A DNA stretch of 58,417 nt, the filler included, from Sphacelaria rigidula (lineage: Eukaryota): NCBI GenBank assembly GCA_964200075.2. It is 7 parts of 7 records of this genome, joined end to end, with 100 filler letters (N's around TTAATTAATTAA, not from the genome) between each part and the next. Parts side by side here need not be neighbours in the genome. Positions count along the whole stretch, not along the records: positions 8,361 to 16,620 come from CAXNAA020011744.1; positions 16,721 to 24,980 come from CAXNAA020011745.1; positions 25,081 to 33,340 come from CAXNAA020011746.1; 4 more parts are not named here. One strand, given 5' to 3'. The first letter of the stretch is position 1; each line of letters begins with the position of its first letter. Below are positions 13,632 through 25,154 of this stretch, piece by piece. The notes under the pieces were generated by a model. It searched no databases. It worked only from the letters and a program-made list of their open reading frames with translations, and was not told where the DNA came from. The position numbers and the translations under genes are program-made.

Positions 13632-13906
13632 GAGCAATGCTACGGTAGGGGTTGAACGTTTTCGGCTAAAACGTGTGACGGGGCTGCTCGGGGTGTTGGA
13701 TGGGTCATTACGAGAATCGGCATCATTTTCACTTGAAAAAGACTCAAAATGATGCCGAATCAAGAAAAGGCCCCTGCGTACAAACGCCATGTTTTTGGGC
13801 GTCCGGTCCTCAGAGATTCGGGTTGCACAGTAAGCCCCATATATTTGGGTTTTTACGTGAAAGAGACCCAAAAACAAAAAGTGCAACCCCTACCGTGGCA
13901 TTGCTC
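13632..13906. mobile_element. 275-bp MITE with GAG...CTC termini and 4-bp TSD (Sola-like)
   Basis: The ~27-bp TIR GAGCAATGCTACGGTAGGGGTTG pairs with CAACCCCTACCGTGGCATTGCTC. Flanks are TGAT/TCAT. The TIR is the same as that of 56263-56519. Confidence 0.8.
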
Positions 13907-14175
13907 TCATGGAAGAGTGACGATTTACAATTGATGTTTTCTTGGGCAAGATATGATTGTTTTTTCTGCAAGTAAGTGTTGATGATGCAGCCCACCAAAA
14001 CGGTGCACCACTCTCACTTCAAGTATACTAATGTGACAGATTCGTGCACTCAACTCCAAGTGACGTTTTCCCGGTGACGAAATCTCGCATATTAGAGTTC
14101 CTAAATGGCTACTTTTTCATTCACGGTTCCGCAAAGGTTAACGAGAGAGAGCCCAGTATTTATTCCGTTTTCGAT

Positions 14176-14400
14176 TGATGCCGCGATAGCCCTCCACCCA
14201 GAAAAGTGGCTGGTTTGAGGAAGACATAAATCTACATGTAAAATCAGAATCGCTATAGTCGAGCACACTGAGCAGTCTGGAAACTCGCACGGTTGGGATC
14301 GCTTTTAGCCAACAGGCGCTTCATGCACAGCCTGAAACCAGCTATCATGTGCTGCATGGCCATTTCTTCGTGACAACGTTGGCGCTGGTTCTGGGGAGGG
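14176..14400 (+). repeat. Dispersed repeat family (other copies at 22993-23483, interrupted, and 41313-41480)
   Basis: All copies share gatgccgcgatagccc...agaaaagtggctggtttgagga...aaaatcagaat...ccgagcacac(c/t)gagcag. Confidence 0.8.
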
Positions 14401-14974
14401 TTCGGGCATCACTATTTCCTTATCGGAACTTCCCGGCAAGTCGTCCGTTTTGCCTTCAAGCCCTCTCTATTCTTCGTTTTGGTCGTCAGCCTGAGTACCA
14501 TCACGGGCCTAAAAGCACGTGATATCCGAATGTTATACGTAGGTTGACCCGACTACACTTGGAACGCTGACCCCAACCCCAGCCCCGAAGAAGGCAGACC
14601 GTGAATACTCGGGCAACAAGGGTGTGTGGTGCAACATGTCGGCCCTTTCACCGCCGGAGGTGTCTATTTGTTCGAGTTGGCGTTAATTTCCTTCAGTCCT
14701 AACCCTTTGAGCGTATCATTTTGTACTAGAAAAGAAGGACAGAAAAAATATGCCGATTCAGCAAATGGGATGCCCACCTCCGGCGGTTGAAGGGTTCATC
14801 CACCTTTTCAAGATGCAGCCAGGGCCATCATCATGGGCATCATTCAACACAATGAGGAGTATCAAATTTGTTGGCGGGAAGGCGTTCATTTCGAAAGTGG
14901 GGAGCAGTTACGTATCTTTTCGTCACCCTCGTTCCCGACGGGACACCCCTTGGAGCAGGTCAAGCTCGACTTAA

Positions 14975-15095
14975 CCCCGTTGGGAACCCATTGGTGACTT
15001 TTGTTTTTGTGAATCGGCATCATTTTGACTTGAAAATGACTGAAAATTGATGCCGATTCACAAAAACAAGAATCGTCAATGGGTTCAAAAAAGGG
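14975..15095. mobile_element. ~120-bp palindromic MITE, piggyBac-like (TTAA target)
   Basis: TTAA|CCCCGTTGGGAACCCATTG...CAATGGGTTCAAAAAAGGG|TTCA; homologous to 4213-4330. Confidence 0.7.
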
Positions 15096-16146
15096 TTCAT
15101 TGTAGGCAAGGTTTTTTGTTTTTTCTTGTCGCACTCTGAACTCCTTCCCTTCCTCGGGATGGGACGAGTATGTGATCTCAAGGGATCAACCCATTTATCT
15201 CTCCCTGGTACAGGGTGTGTGGTGCAAGTCCTAATCCTCGCCCTTGGACCGCCGGAGGCGTCCATCTGTTCAATCGGCATCAGCCCTTTGATCGGCAGGG
15301 CAGATCATCTGGGTCACGCCGTCATTTTCAAGTGAAGGCGATGTCGATTGAACAGATGTCCTAGTTACACTGGCGGTCGAAGGGTTGAAGTAATACGCCA
15401 TTCCCTGAATCCGCCGTCTAGCTTCGCACCAACCTGGCACCTATCCAAGCAACACCAACCTAGAATCTTACCGAGCACACAGTCTAAGCTCTGGCATATG
15501 GCTTGAGGGTTAGGGCTAGCGTTAGCATTCGGGTTCAGGGGGTTGGGTGCCTCAGTCACTGCCTCAAGAAGAGCCGTTTTTGTGCAAGAATAATTTGTCT
15601 GGCAAGCATCCTACAGTGCTGACCGCTTGACTGGGTGAGTAAGACAGCTCTCTCATGTATCGCAGGTGGGAGATTTGAGGCTGGTTGCTCGATGAGAGCG
15701 GAATGAATTTGAGAGCTCGCCATTTCGTTTCTGTCGAGCCCTGAAAGTCTCATCGCCTACTTCGTTGCTACAGTAGCCCGTCTGCAGCGAAAGAAAGCAC
15801 GTGTAACAATATGTCCGTGAGATTAGGAGCGGGTTTTATTTCGGAAGGAGATTTTTCGTGGTGTACACCCAAGACGGTCGAATCTTCCGAAATGGCCGTC
15901 GCTCCCCTGAAAGTCCGCGATCTGACGGAAATTTTGGCACAACCAGATTCGAAATCGGTGACGTCTTCCGTGAGATACGGCCGGAAACGTGCGATTTTTT
16001 TTTTTTTCAATTTTTTTGGGCACACTTTTCCTCATAAGCTTGCACTGATCATGTCGATTTTGAATATTTTGCAGTGAAATTCCCGTCAGAGCACGGGCTT
16101 CCAGGGGGGTGACCGCCTTTTCGGACGATCCTGCCGTGTTGGTGTA

Positions 16147-16592
16147 CAGTAGTGGGCGGTCTAACTAATCATTTTATGGCATTTTGTGATTTTTTCGTAT
16201 TTGGCGATTTTGTCGGACTCTTTTCGCTAGCCATCGCTTATCACATTGGGAATCTGAATATATTTGTATTCGCTCCACATCTCAAGAAGAAAATAACATC
16301 TGAACTCAATATTGAGAAGTAATGTACAGTTTTATTATTCAGAAATTCTGCCTACTTATTGCACTAGGGCCGAAAAACTGTGTTTCACGGTCAATAATAC
16401 CCTCTTGATAAACGGGTTTTTTACTCGTTTTGCCCGATAACACCAACTAGCACTGACTTGGGCACTGTGTTTGGAGGATGATATGTACATTGTACCAAAA
16501 TCTACCGACGCTAGCAATATCAAGTTCTATCGAAGAGTAGTACGCGAGGAAATGCCCAAAACATCCCAAAATGGTTAGACCGCCCACTACTG
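16147..16592. mobile_element. 446-bp Tc1/mariner-type MITE
   Basis: Perfect 19-bp TIR CAGTAGTGGGCGGTCTAAC with TA on both sides. A longer, more decayed copy is at ~43665-44207. Confidence 0.9.
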
Positions 16593-16620
16593 TAAATCAC
16601 GAAATACCTCTCGTTCCGAA

Positions 16621-16720
16621 NNNNNNNNNNNNNNNNNNNNNNNNNNNNNNNNNNNNNNNNNNNNTTAATTAATTAANNNNNNNNNNNNNNNNNNNNNNNN
16701 NNNNNNNNNNNNNNNNNNNN
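16621..16720. other. Artificial contig spacer
   Basis: Same N/TTAATTAATTAA/N spacer. Confidence 0.98.
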
Positions 16721-18137
16721 AAAGATGTGGAGAATGGTGAAGAAGATGATAGAATGTGGCAAAAGTGCGATGGTACTAGAAGGGGAATTATCGCAACATT
16801 TTGATATCTTACAAGGAGCTGCACAAGGATGTACATGATCACCCACTTTGTTCAAGGTATTTATCAATGGCTTGATACTAGCAATAGAAGCAGTAGAGCA
16901 AGGGGTTCAGATGGGTGAAGATATGGTATCAGGATTGATGTTCGCAGATGATTTTGTGGGGATCTCAGGAACAGCAGAAGAATTACAGACACAGATAGAC
17001 ACGGCGCTAAAATACACTGGGAAATGGAGAGTGACAGCGAACGTCAACAAATGTAACAAATACATGGAACACATGAAATAATCCGGTAGAGTTCAAATGG
17101 AAGTGGGGGGACGAAGAAGTGCCGACCGCAGACCAGTATGCATACCTTGGCATAGAAATCTCAAAAAATGGTTCTTGGGATGCACACAAAAACAGGGTAA
17201 TAGGAAAGGGTAAGGTACAGAAAGGAAGGATGGACGTGATCCTCAGAGACCCGCACCTAGACACTAGGAGGCAGCAGCTAAGAAGATACTTGGATGCTTG
17301 AAAACGACGAGTGATACAGCACTGAGAGCAGAGTTGGAAATATACTCACTTAGAACAAACACAGACATGAGGAAATTGCGATGGCAATATAGCGTAAAGA
17401 ACATGCAAAGAAAGAGATTGCCAGCCGTAGTTGATAAGGCTGTATGGAGGGAAAGTAAAAGTACGAAAGGGAGGGCTGGAATAAGGTGGGATAGAGAAGT
17501 CGAGAAAGTATGGAAAGAGATGGGAAGAAATCAAGACGAAATACTGTCCATAGATGAAGGCGCGGGGTACAAGACAAAAGTAAGAGATATGATAGAAATG
17601 AGGGGGAAAGAAGCACTCAGGCGGAAAGTAAACGAGAAAGAACACCTGGAGGGTGGTTGAGAGAGGGGGGTAGGGTTGAAAGCGTATTTGCATGACCCAA
17701 TGGACGCTGCGAAAAATCTTGAACTGCGATTTCGGATGGGGGACCTAGACCTGCCAGAGAGAAGGAAGAGATATACCAGTCGTCGTGTGGAGGGGGAATT
17801 AGATGGACATAATCACCCCTGTGGCAAAGCAATAGAGAGCAGAGGTCATACAGAAGCAGAATGTGAGCTATACAAGGAGGAACGGGACATGCTAGAAGGG
17901 GAAATGCGGGACGTGAACGTAGATGGCATGAAATCGTTTGATGCATTAGACAGTAGGGAGAAAACGATGGCTATACTAGAAGATAGATGGCGGCCACAGG
18001 CGGCGAGACAGGGCGGGGATAAGATATGTAAAAGTTTTCGTGTAATGTATGGAAGAAACCTAATGAGCGCCGGAATGTTGAAGGTGTCTCTATTAGGAGT
18101 AGGAACGGTGCTCCGTCTCGCCCCCCCCCCCCCCCCC
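16721..18137 (+). mobile_element. Non-LTR retrotransposon (LINE) ORF2 3' half: reverse transcriptase and C-terminal Cys/His region, pseudogenised
   Basis: LQGAAQGCT*SPTLF, GLMFADDFVG and YAYLGIEI are RT motifs. The C-terminal PCG..ESRGH...EC is zinc-knuckle-like. It has stops and frameshifts and ends in C17. Confidence 0.93.
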
Positions 18138-19811
18138 ACACGACCTATCGTAGCATAACTCACCGGTAGACAAATGGCTACCTACTACGCGCTTCATAGT
18201 ATTCACCACCCATTGTTTCGCATTGTCGTAAAAAGCTCGATCGCTAGTTAGAGGTGTACGCAAGTATCTGGACAGCGTTGTTCGTGCAGTACCACCACTC
18301 CCACCTGGCAGTATCATCGCCTGACTCCATGTGGCGAACACCCCGAACAATTGTAACTCTTTTCCTCTTTCTCTCTCTGCCCATTTGTCCCGTTGTTCGT
18401 GATGGGCGCCTGCGACAGGTGCGGGACAGCAGTGTGGGTCTCACATAAAAACCCATCAAGCGCCGATGTTGCATTGGCGTGAGGCTGTTGCAGACTGCGC
18501 GAGCAATAGCTGTAGACTTAAGGTCGGCATTGAGAGGCATTACGCCCATGGGGCACAGCAGCACGAGCAACGTTTCAGATACGCGATGACGTTTCTCCCA
18601 TGCACCGTGATATTGCTGTCCGTACGTCTCGTACCAAACAATGACGGGGCGGTTGTGCCCTGGGTCCTGGGGGCTGCTGTATGTATGCAGTTTCGCAATT
18701 CCTGTGTGCACGGAGCATGCGGTCTAGTAGTTGGTTGTTTGGGTGATGCACGCACACGCGGCCATCGGCTACCCCCAAAAATACTCTGTTCCGGTCAACT
18801 TTTCGAGCCTCCAGAGAAATTGAACGCCTCCAGGGGGTGCGCGGCCCTCCAGAGGTGTGGGATCAAACGCCTCCAGAGCACCATCTTTTTTGTAACTCTC
18901 ACGGGATTCGGACCTCAAAAGTCACTGGAGCATCAGATGCCCTCAAGAAGATTCGTTTATGACCGCACCTGGGGATGAAATATCCTCTCGAGGGTATTTT
19001 TACCCTCGAGAGGATGACAATCGCGATAGAGGGTTTCTATGGGGGTAGCCGAATGGCCGCGTGCGCAGCCCATGTCTACCGAGGTCGTCTGAACCGATTT
19101 TTTGGATACATATGCTGCCCAGCAAAACACACGAATAAAACTCTCTAGACGAGTCCGAATGTTGTGAGAGAGCAGGCTCTGGTCGTCCATCGCAGGCTCG
19201 GGCCTCGGAACACTCTCCCGCCTGTGCACATCCCAGCTGTACTGGGCGTAGGGTGGATCACAACACAGGATCTTCCTCTAACGTTAGTTCAGTGTCAGCA
19301 CTGATACTCATCCACGGAACGTAGTGGTAATGTAAGAAGACAAGACTCAAAGCACCAGCCTGCCAGCCTTAGGATCATGCAATTCTCAGTGGCTGAGAGA
19401 TAGACAAGATGTCAAGCCATAAATTGGAAGGCCAAGACTATTGTTGGTGGATGGAACACGCAGAAAGTTTCATTCCAAACCTGGTTAACGTTGCAGCTCC
19501 GACAAGAAACCCATCACGGACCGGCACAGGGAAACTTGTTGGTGCTATGCCGAGGGTAGTGAAAAAAGCGTCCCGGATCCCATCACCCGCCCCTCCCCCG
19601 CCCCTCTGGCGGGCCGAAAAATATATCTGAGGTCATCTTTTTTGTTGTTGAACTTACTTTCGTTTTGCTCTTTTTGTGGACAAATTTGACATGACAGCTG
19701 GTCTTGGTGGCTCTATTTATGGTGACAAGATGCAACGCACTGTGGTCGTTCGATTATGATGCACACTACAATGCGTTGCACCGTCTACGATAGTATGGCG
19801 CTAAGTAAGGG

Positions 19812-20357
19812 CATGTCTTAGTACATTATTTTTCGATCGAAAATGTGCGGTGGACACGGAAAACTCCAGTGTGATAGGTCGTAATTTCCAATATCGTCGT
19901 TAATTTTGAAAATGGTTGAAATCACGACCTATCAGATTGCAGTATTTGCTTTCCACCGCACTTTTTTGATCGAAAAGTGATGTGCTGAGGGCGTGTCTTC
20001 GCAGATCAGTTTCCGATCGAAATTGAGGCATGGAAAGCAAAAATCTCGATCTGATAGGTCGTAATTTCAATCATCGTCATTAATTTTGAATATGGTTGAA
20101 ATTACGACCTATCAGATCGAGATTTGTTTTTTTCCGCCGCACTTTTTCGATCGAAAAATTATGTGCTAAGGGCGTGTCTCAGTACATTAGTTTCGATCGA
20201 AAATGTGCGGTGGAAAATAAAAATCCCGACCTGCTGGGTCGTAATTTCAACCATCGTCGTCAATTTTGAAGAGGGTTGAAATCACGACCTATCAGATGGG
20301 GATCATTGTTTTCCACCGCACTTTTTCGATCAAAAACGAATAATGTACTAAGACACG
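19812..20357. repeat. Three tandem ~180-bp units, each an imperfect palindrome
   Basis: Unit is tcttagtacatta..ttcgatcgaaaatgtgcggtgga..tgataggtcgtaatttc [loop] gaaatcacgacctatcaga..tccaccgcactttttcgatcgaaaa..atgtgctaagggcgtg, repeated at ~19812, ~19992 and ~20173. Confidence 0.9.
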
Positions 20358-20528
20358 ACCCAAGACACAGCCCAAGACACGGTCTGAAATTGCTTGCTTG
20401 CATGAATGCAGCAGGATTGAATCAGGGCGAAAATGGTTGCCATCGTCGTTGATTGTGCGCACTAGAGTATATGTATGCCGTTGATGTACGGACTGGGCCG
20501 GCCTAGACGCGAATTGGTGGTTTCCAGA

Positions 20529-20793
20529 CCCCGTCTCACCTCAATTTTGAGAGTTGGACTTCGAAATTCGGTACGGAGGAAGAATAGGACATGCTAAAAC
20601 GTTGTCGATCGGGACGTGTAGATTTTTTTTTTTTTTTTATTTAAGGGCAATATCAATGCCTAGATATCAGAAAAACACCGTTAACTCACGAAAAAAAAAT
20701 CTACACGTCCCGAACGACAGCGTTTTAGCATGCTCTATTCTTCCTCCGTACCGAATTTCGAAGTCAAACTTGCAAAATTGAGGTGAGACGAGG
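20529..20793. repeat. Long inverted repeat (~100-bp arms, ~60-nt spacer)
   Basis: cgtctcacctcaattttg...gggacgtgtagattttttttt pairs with aaaaaaaaatctacacgtccc...caaaattgaggtgagacg with few mismatches. Confidence 0.92.
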
Positions 20794-20814
20794 CGAGTTA
20801 AAAACTGGGACGGG

Positions 20815-21700
20815 CGAAATTCGGAACAATATTTCCAGGCCATTTACCGGCTCAGGTTTTGTACTTGTGTTTTGAATCTTTGTGTGGGACCTCGCTAGGT
20901 CATAACCGACCTATAAAAGAGGAAAGGTTGATATATAATATGCATATATCACTTTCTTAGGACGCTGAAGTATGGTGAAAACAATATTTTCACGAGAAGG
21001 CCCGTACCTCTCCAAAAAAAAGTGAAAGGCCTTTTTTTTTCTTCTGCATGCCTTTGCAATTCGCCATGATGAGTTTCAAATATCAATTCTTGAAATTGAG
21101 CTGAAAAACTGAGATGAGGTCCGAGAGCATTGTCCATTTTCCTTGAATCTCCCGTGAAAAAACAAGAAAAATGAAGAGAAATAAAAAACGATGATTTCTT
21201 TCTTCATTATGAACTATCGATTCTCGATACAAATTTCAAAGCCCCCCTCTCAAAACTGAGACGCGATATCCAGATTTAGTGCATTGAGTGCCTCTGCTCG
21301 AAATATATTGATTTTCGTACGGACCCTTATCTGCCCATATCTAGAGTCAGATAGCGAATGAGGCAAAGGTTGACGTATCGATCGTTTCCTCGCGCTCCAG
21401 GGAATGTCCACACCAAAAATCGTCACCATCCGCTGTATATATCGGTGGGGGTTTCATATAGAATGTAGTGTGAACACTATATCCGTACGGTATAGGAATT
21501 ACTAGACATCGGATTCAATCAACGAGAAAAAAATGACCCAGACTTTTGAGCACATGGGCACCTTCCTCATGATCAGACGACTAATGCGATATGCAGATCA
21601 CGGCTCAACTCGTCTGTCTCGATGAGATATTGCTTTGAGAGCTTAAATCCGCATCTAGACCGGCCCAGCTCGTAGCTGATCACGGCAATCATAGGTACAG
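20815..21700. repeat. ~0.9-kb non-coding dispersed repeat; inverted homolog at ~49050-49925
   Basis: Collinear reverse-complement matches, e.g. caggccatttaccggc / gccggtaagtggcctg, tctcaaaactgagacgcgatatccag / ctggatatcgcgtctcaggttttgaga, tttgagcacatgggcacc / ggtgcccatctgctcaaa. Confidence 0.85.
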
Positions 21701-21921
21701 TCAGTACAGAAGAACTCGAAGGCAGAAATGGTGTTAGACTCACGGGGTCGGTCCATCTGGTCAGCCCCGCCACTACCAAGCAATGTCAATACAAAAATAC
21801 CCATAAAAGCTATACCTCTAGTCTCTGCCGTCTTGTGTGGACTCTGAGTCTCAACTACCCAAACTGGCTGGCTCTGAAAAGCACACGTGGCAGGAATTCG
21901 ATACCTTCATCGTGGCAACAT

Positions 21922-22351
21922 GAAGTGACGTGGTTCACCGGTACTCAGTTCCAAGTAACGTTCTCCTCAGCTAATCGAACATGACACGACTTCGTTCACC
22001 TATATAATCGTATCAGTTCAAAAAACTTTTGCCTCAGCTGATCTAAAATCAAGCGACTTGGTTCACCTATACTCAGTTCAAGTAACTTGCGTCAGCTATC
22101 CTAAACCAAGTCGACTTGGTTCACCTATAGTCGATTCAAGTAACTTGCCCCAACTAATATAAAATCACGTGACTTGGATCACCTACACTCAGTTCAACTA
22201 ACTTGCCTCAGCTATTCTATAATCAAATGACTTAGCTCACCTATACTTAGTTCCAGCAAATAGCCTCAGCTATTTTTATATCAAGTGACTCGGTTCACCT
22301 ATACTCAGCTCAAGTATATCGCCTCAGCTAAGATCAAGATCAAGTAACTCG
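21922..22351 (+). repeat. ~60-bp minisatellite, ~7 diverged copies
   Basis: Consensus is approximately aatcaagtgacttggttcacctatactcagttcaagtaacttgcctcagctattcta. Confidence 0.9.
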
Positions 22352-23046
22352 TATAGTATAGGAATCGGTGTGGAATTAAATCTAGATAGGACTCAGTATA
22401 CTCCCCCCCCCGCCCCCCCCTCTCCCCCCTCCCCCGGAGCGCCGAACGTGAAAAAAAAATGGTGTCAAGGCCCGAGGCGATATGTTCTACTACTCTTAGC
22501 TGTACAGACACTTTCGATTAGGTCTATATATTTCCCCCTACACGGCCCCGCGCGCCAATGGACCCTGCAAACCTTCAACAAAGCCCATCACAGCAATCGA
22601 GCTCGTTGCGCGGCGAGACTCGGGTCCGCGATGTTTACAGATGGGAGAGTCGCCAGGGCACCACAAAATCGGTGAAGTGCGCCACGTTGTGACCAGGGAA
22701 GCGCGTCATGTTGTGACGGGACGACCACAGACGGTAAGCAGTTCGAAGTGATCGCAGCCAGCCTCGCAGTACCGAAATGGAACTACAAGGACTTGGTTCT
22801 AAACGTCACGCACGAAATCATTATCTTGGCAAACATGATGTAAGACATAGCCCTCACAGTAAAGGCCTTCTAACATGGCATGTCATCCACGGCTCCCACC
22901 CTGTGGGTTCATGACTTGAAGAGACGATCACAACCGGCAAGTGCTTGGAAGCTACCACAGCTAACCTCGCAATAGATGAATATTCGTACGACTGATACCG
23001 CGATAGCCCCCGCTAGAAAAGTGGCTGGTTTGAGGACGCAAATTTC

Positions 23047-23303
23047 CACGGTTAGGACGAATCATCACGACTACGAATCACCAAATCCACGATTTCTTCG
23101 GCCTCATGGCGCAAAAGGGGGAAAAAAGTTGACCGCTGGTCCAAGGGGTATCCACGCAACGTTTGCGCCATTCCACGTGTCTGGACTGCATGTACTTGGG
23201 TTGCAATGCTGATAATAAAGCCTAGGGATTGATTCGTACGATTCCAATCAGTTACACTAGAACCAAGTAGTTCCCAGACGAGTCATTATTTTTCCGACCC
23301 TTG
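23047..23303. mobile_element. 257-bp hAT-like MITE inserted in the 14176-family repeat
   Basis: Imperfect TIR CACGGTTAGGA / TCCGACCCTTG with an 8-bp TSD, CAAATTTC / CAAAGTTC. Removing it restores the host repeat. A second copy starts at 24900 and is cut by the contig end. Confidence 0.75.
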
Positions 23304-23483
23304 CAAAGTTCACGTGTAAAATCAGAATGACAAAAGCCGAGCACACCGAGCAGCTGGGAACTCCGATACTTGAGATCGTTGTGGTAAATGTTGCCCAAAT
23401 GAGGCGTTTTGTGCAGTCTAAAACCAACCATCATGCGTTTTATGAGAATTTCCCTCGTGACAATTTTGGGGCTGGTTTTGGGG

Positions 23484-23776
23484 TGAGGGGGGGAGGCGTA
23501 CTCATTTGTTGCTTGCCTTAGTCGTTTGACCATTGACCACGCATCCCTTTCAAGACGGAGCACCGTTCCTACTCCTATAATAATAGAGACACCCTTAACA
23601 TTTAGGTGCTCATCACGCGTCTTCCATATATTGCACAAAACTCTTCTACATATCTTATCCCCGTCCTGTCTCGCCGTCTGTGGCCACCATATTTCTCCAA
23701 AATGCACCAAACGATTTCATGCCACCTTCGTTCACGCCCCGCATTTCCCCCTCTAGCACGTCCCGTTCCTCCTTGT
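23484..23776 (-). mobile_element. 5'-truncated LINE copy (3' ~290 bp) with C-rich tail and 14-bp TSD
   Basis: Homologous to 17870-18120. It ends ...gcaacaaatgagtacgcctccccccctca. The TSD is GGCTGGTTTTGGGG at 23470-23483 and 23777-23790. Confidence 0.88.
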
Positions 23777-24980
23777 GGCTGGTTTTGGGGGGAGACTGTC
23801 GCAGCATTACTCGAACTACATGGTTCTAAATACCACGAACGTAGACATGCTATTCACGAGTTGCACCCTTTGACGTGCTGTCAACCTTCTGTACTACGCG
23901 AGCCGTTACATTCTTCCAGCGGAAAACAGATTCAACATTCATCACAAGACGCAGCACCGAGAGGATGGACATGAAAAACACACGAAACGCAGTCCACGAT
24001 CATGCTCCAACAGACCAGGAGCGAACACACAGGGAAAATCGTACTGCACCATTTGACTAATATTCTAGAAAAGGCAACCCGCCACCACTCCAAGCTTCAC
24101 TGGATAATAACATTTCCACATGTATGTGTTCACTCCCACCCTCTCCCCACCGTCACTCAAGCTCGACCCAGGAACAAACCACAAAAGTGACACACGAGTC
24201 TACCAACCGCAAACTGTAGCCGACTGTGTTCTACCCACCATACAGCCGACTCGTAAGCTTGCTCTACAGTTTCACCGGTGAAGCATCACGTACTCATTCT
24301 GCTCCCCACTCCATCTAGAGGAACGCTACAATCCCTTCGTTCCCTTTGCCACGCGAGCATCCACAACGCTCTGCGAATCCTTCCCCCCCGCTACCCAATG
24401 CATGTTACTACTCGTACCCCCTTCTCGCGTCCCGCTCGATGCTGATGCAACGTCGCTTTTTCCCTCAACTATCCCATTGTCCTCGCAACTCGTAGTGGAG
24501 ATCTCTTTCGTCGGTCCAAAATACGCATACCGAGAGGTCATCCTCCGCGAATTAGAATACACCATTTGCCGTCGCTGCGTATTCACAGTGGGTAGCTGCG
24601 ATGAAGCGCTAACAACCGCCGGGTCGGAGCTCACCGGTATTCCCTCTATCCCCCCTCCCCTGACTTGAGCAGCCGCATCAGGGGTGTGTGATTTTATTGT
24701 TGGCGCATGCGGATTGAAACTGACATAGGACAGGTACGTCTGCCAGGCTACCGACACGAAGCTGGCGCATGACGGACGGTAGGAGGACGGAATATACCTG
24801 GTTTTCATTTTCACAGAGGGAAGAGTGTTGTGCGCGTGCGATGGGAGGAAGATCGCGTTAACCAGTCACGTGCTTGATTTTTTCAATTGGGAAAGGGTGC
24901 ACGGTTAGGACGAATCATCACGACTAAGAATCACCAAATTCACGATTTCTTCGGCCTGATTGCTCGAAAGGGAGAAAAAC

Positions 24981-25080
24981 NNNNNNNNNNNNNNNNNNNN
25001 NNNNNNNNNNNNNNNNNNNNNNNNTTAATTAATTAANNNNNNNNNNNNNNNNNNNNNNNNNNNNNNNNNNNNNNNNNNNN
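24981..25080. other. Artificial contig spacer
   Basis: Same spacer. Confidence 0.98.
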
Positions 25081-25154
25081 GCTCCGTCCCGGCATTGTAG
25101 GGATGCGAGGTTAATGGTCTTATGACTATGGCATGCATGATCATGAGTACACCC
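25081..25154 (+). mobile_element. LINE 3'-end fragment (second subfamily)
   Basis: gctccgtcc...ggatgcgaggttaatggtcttatgactatggcatgcatgatcatgagtacaccc is nearly identical to 41521-41572. Confidence 0.7.
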
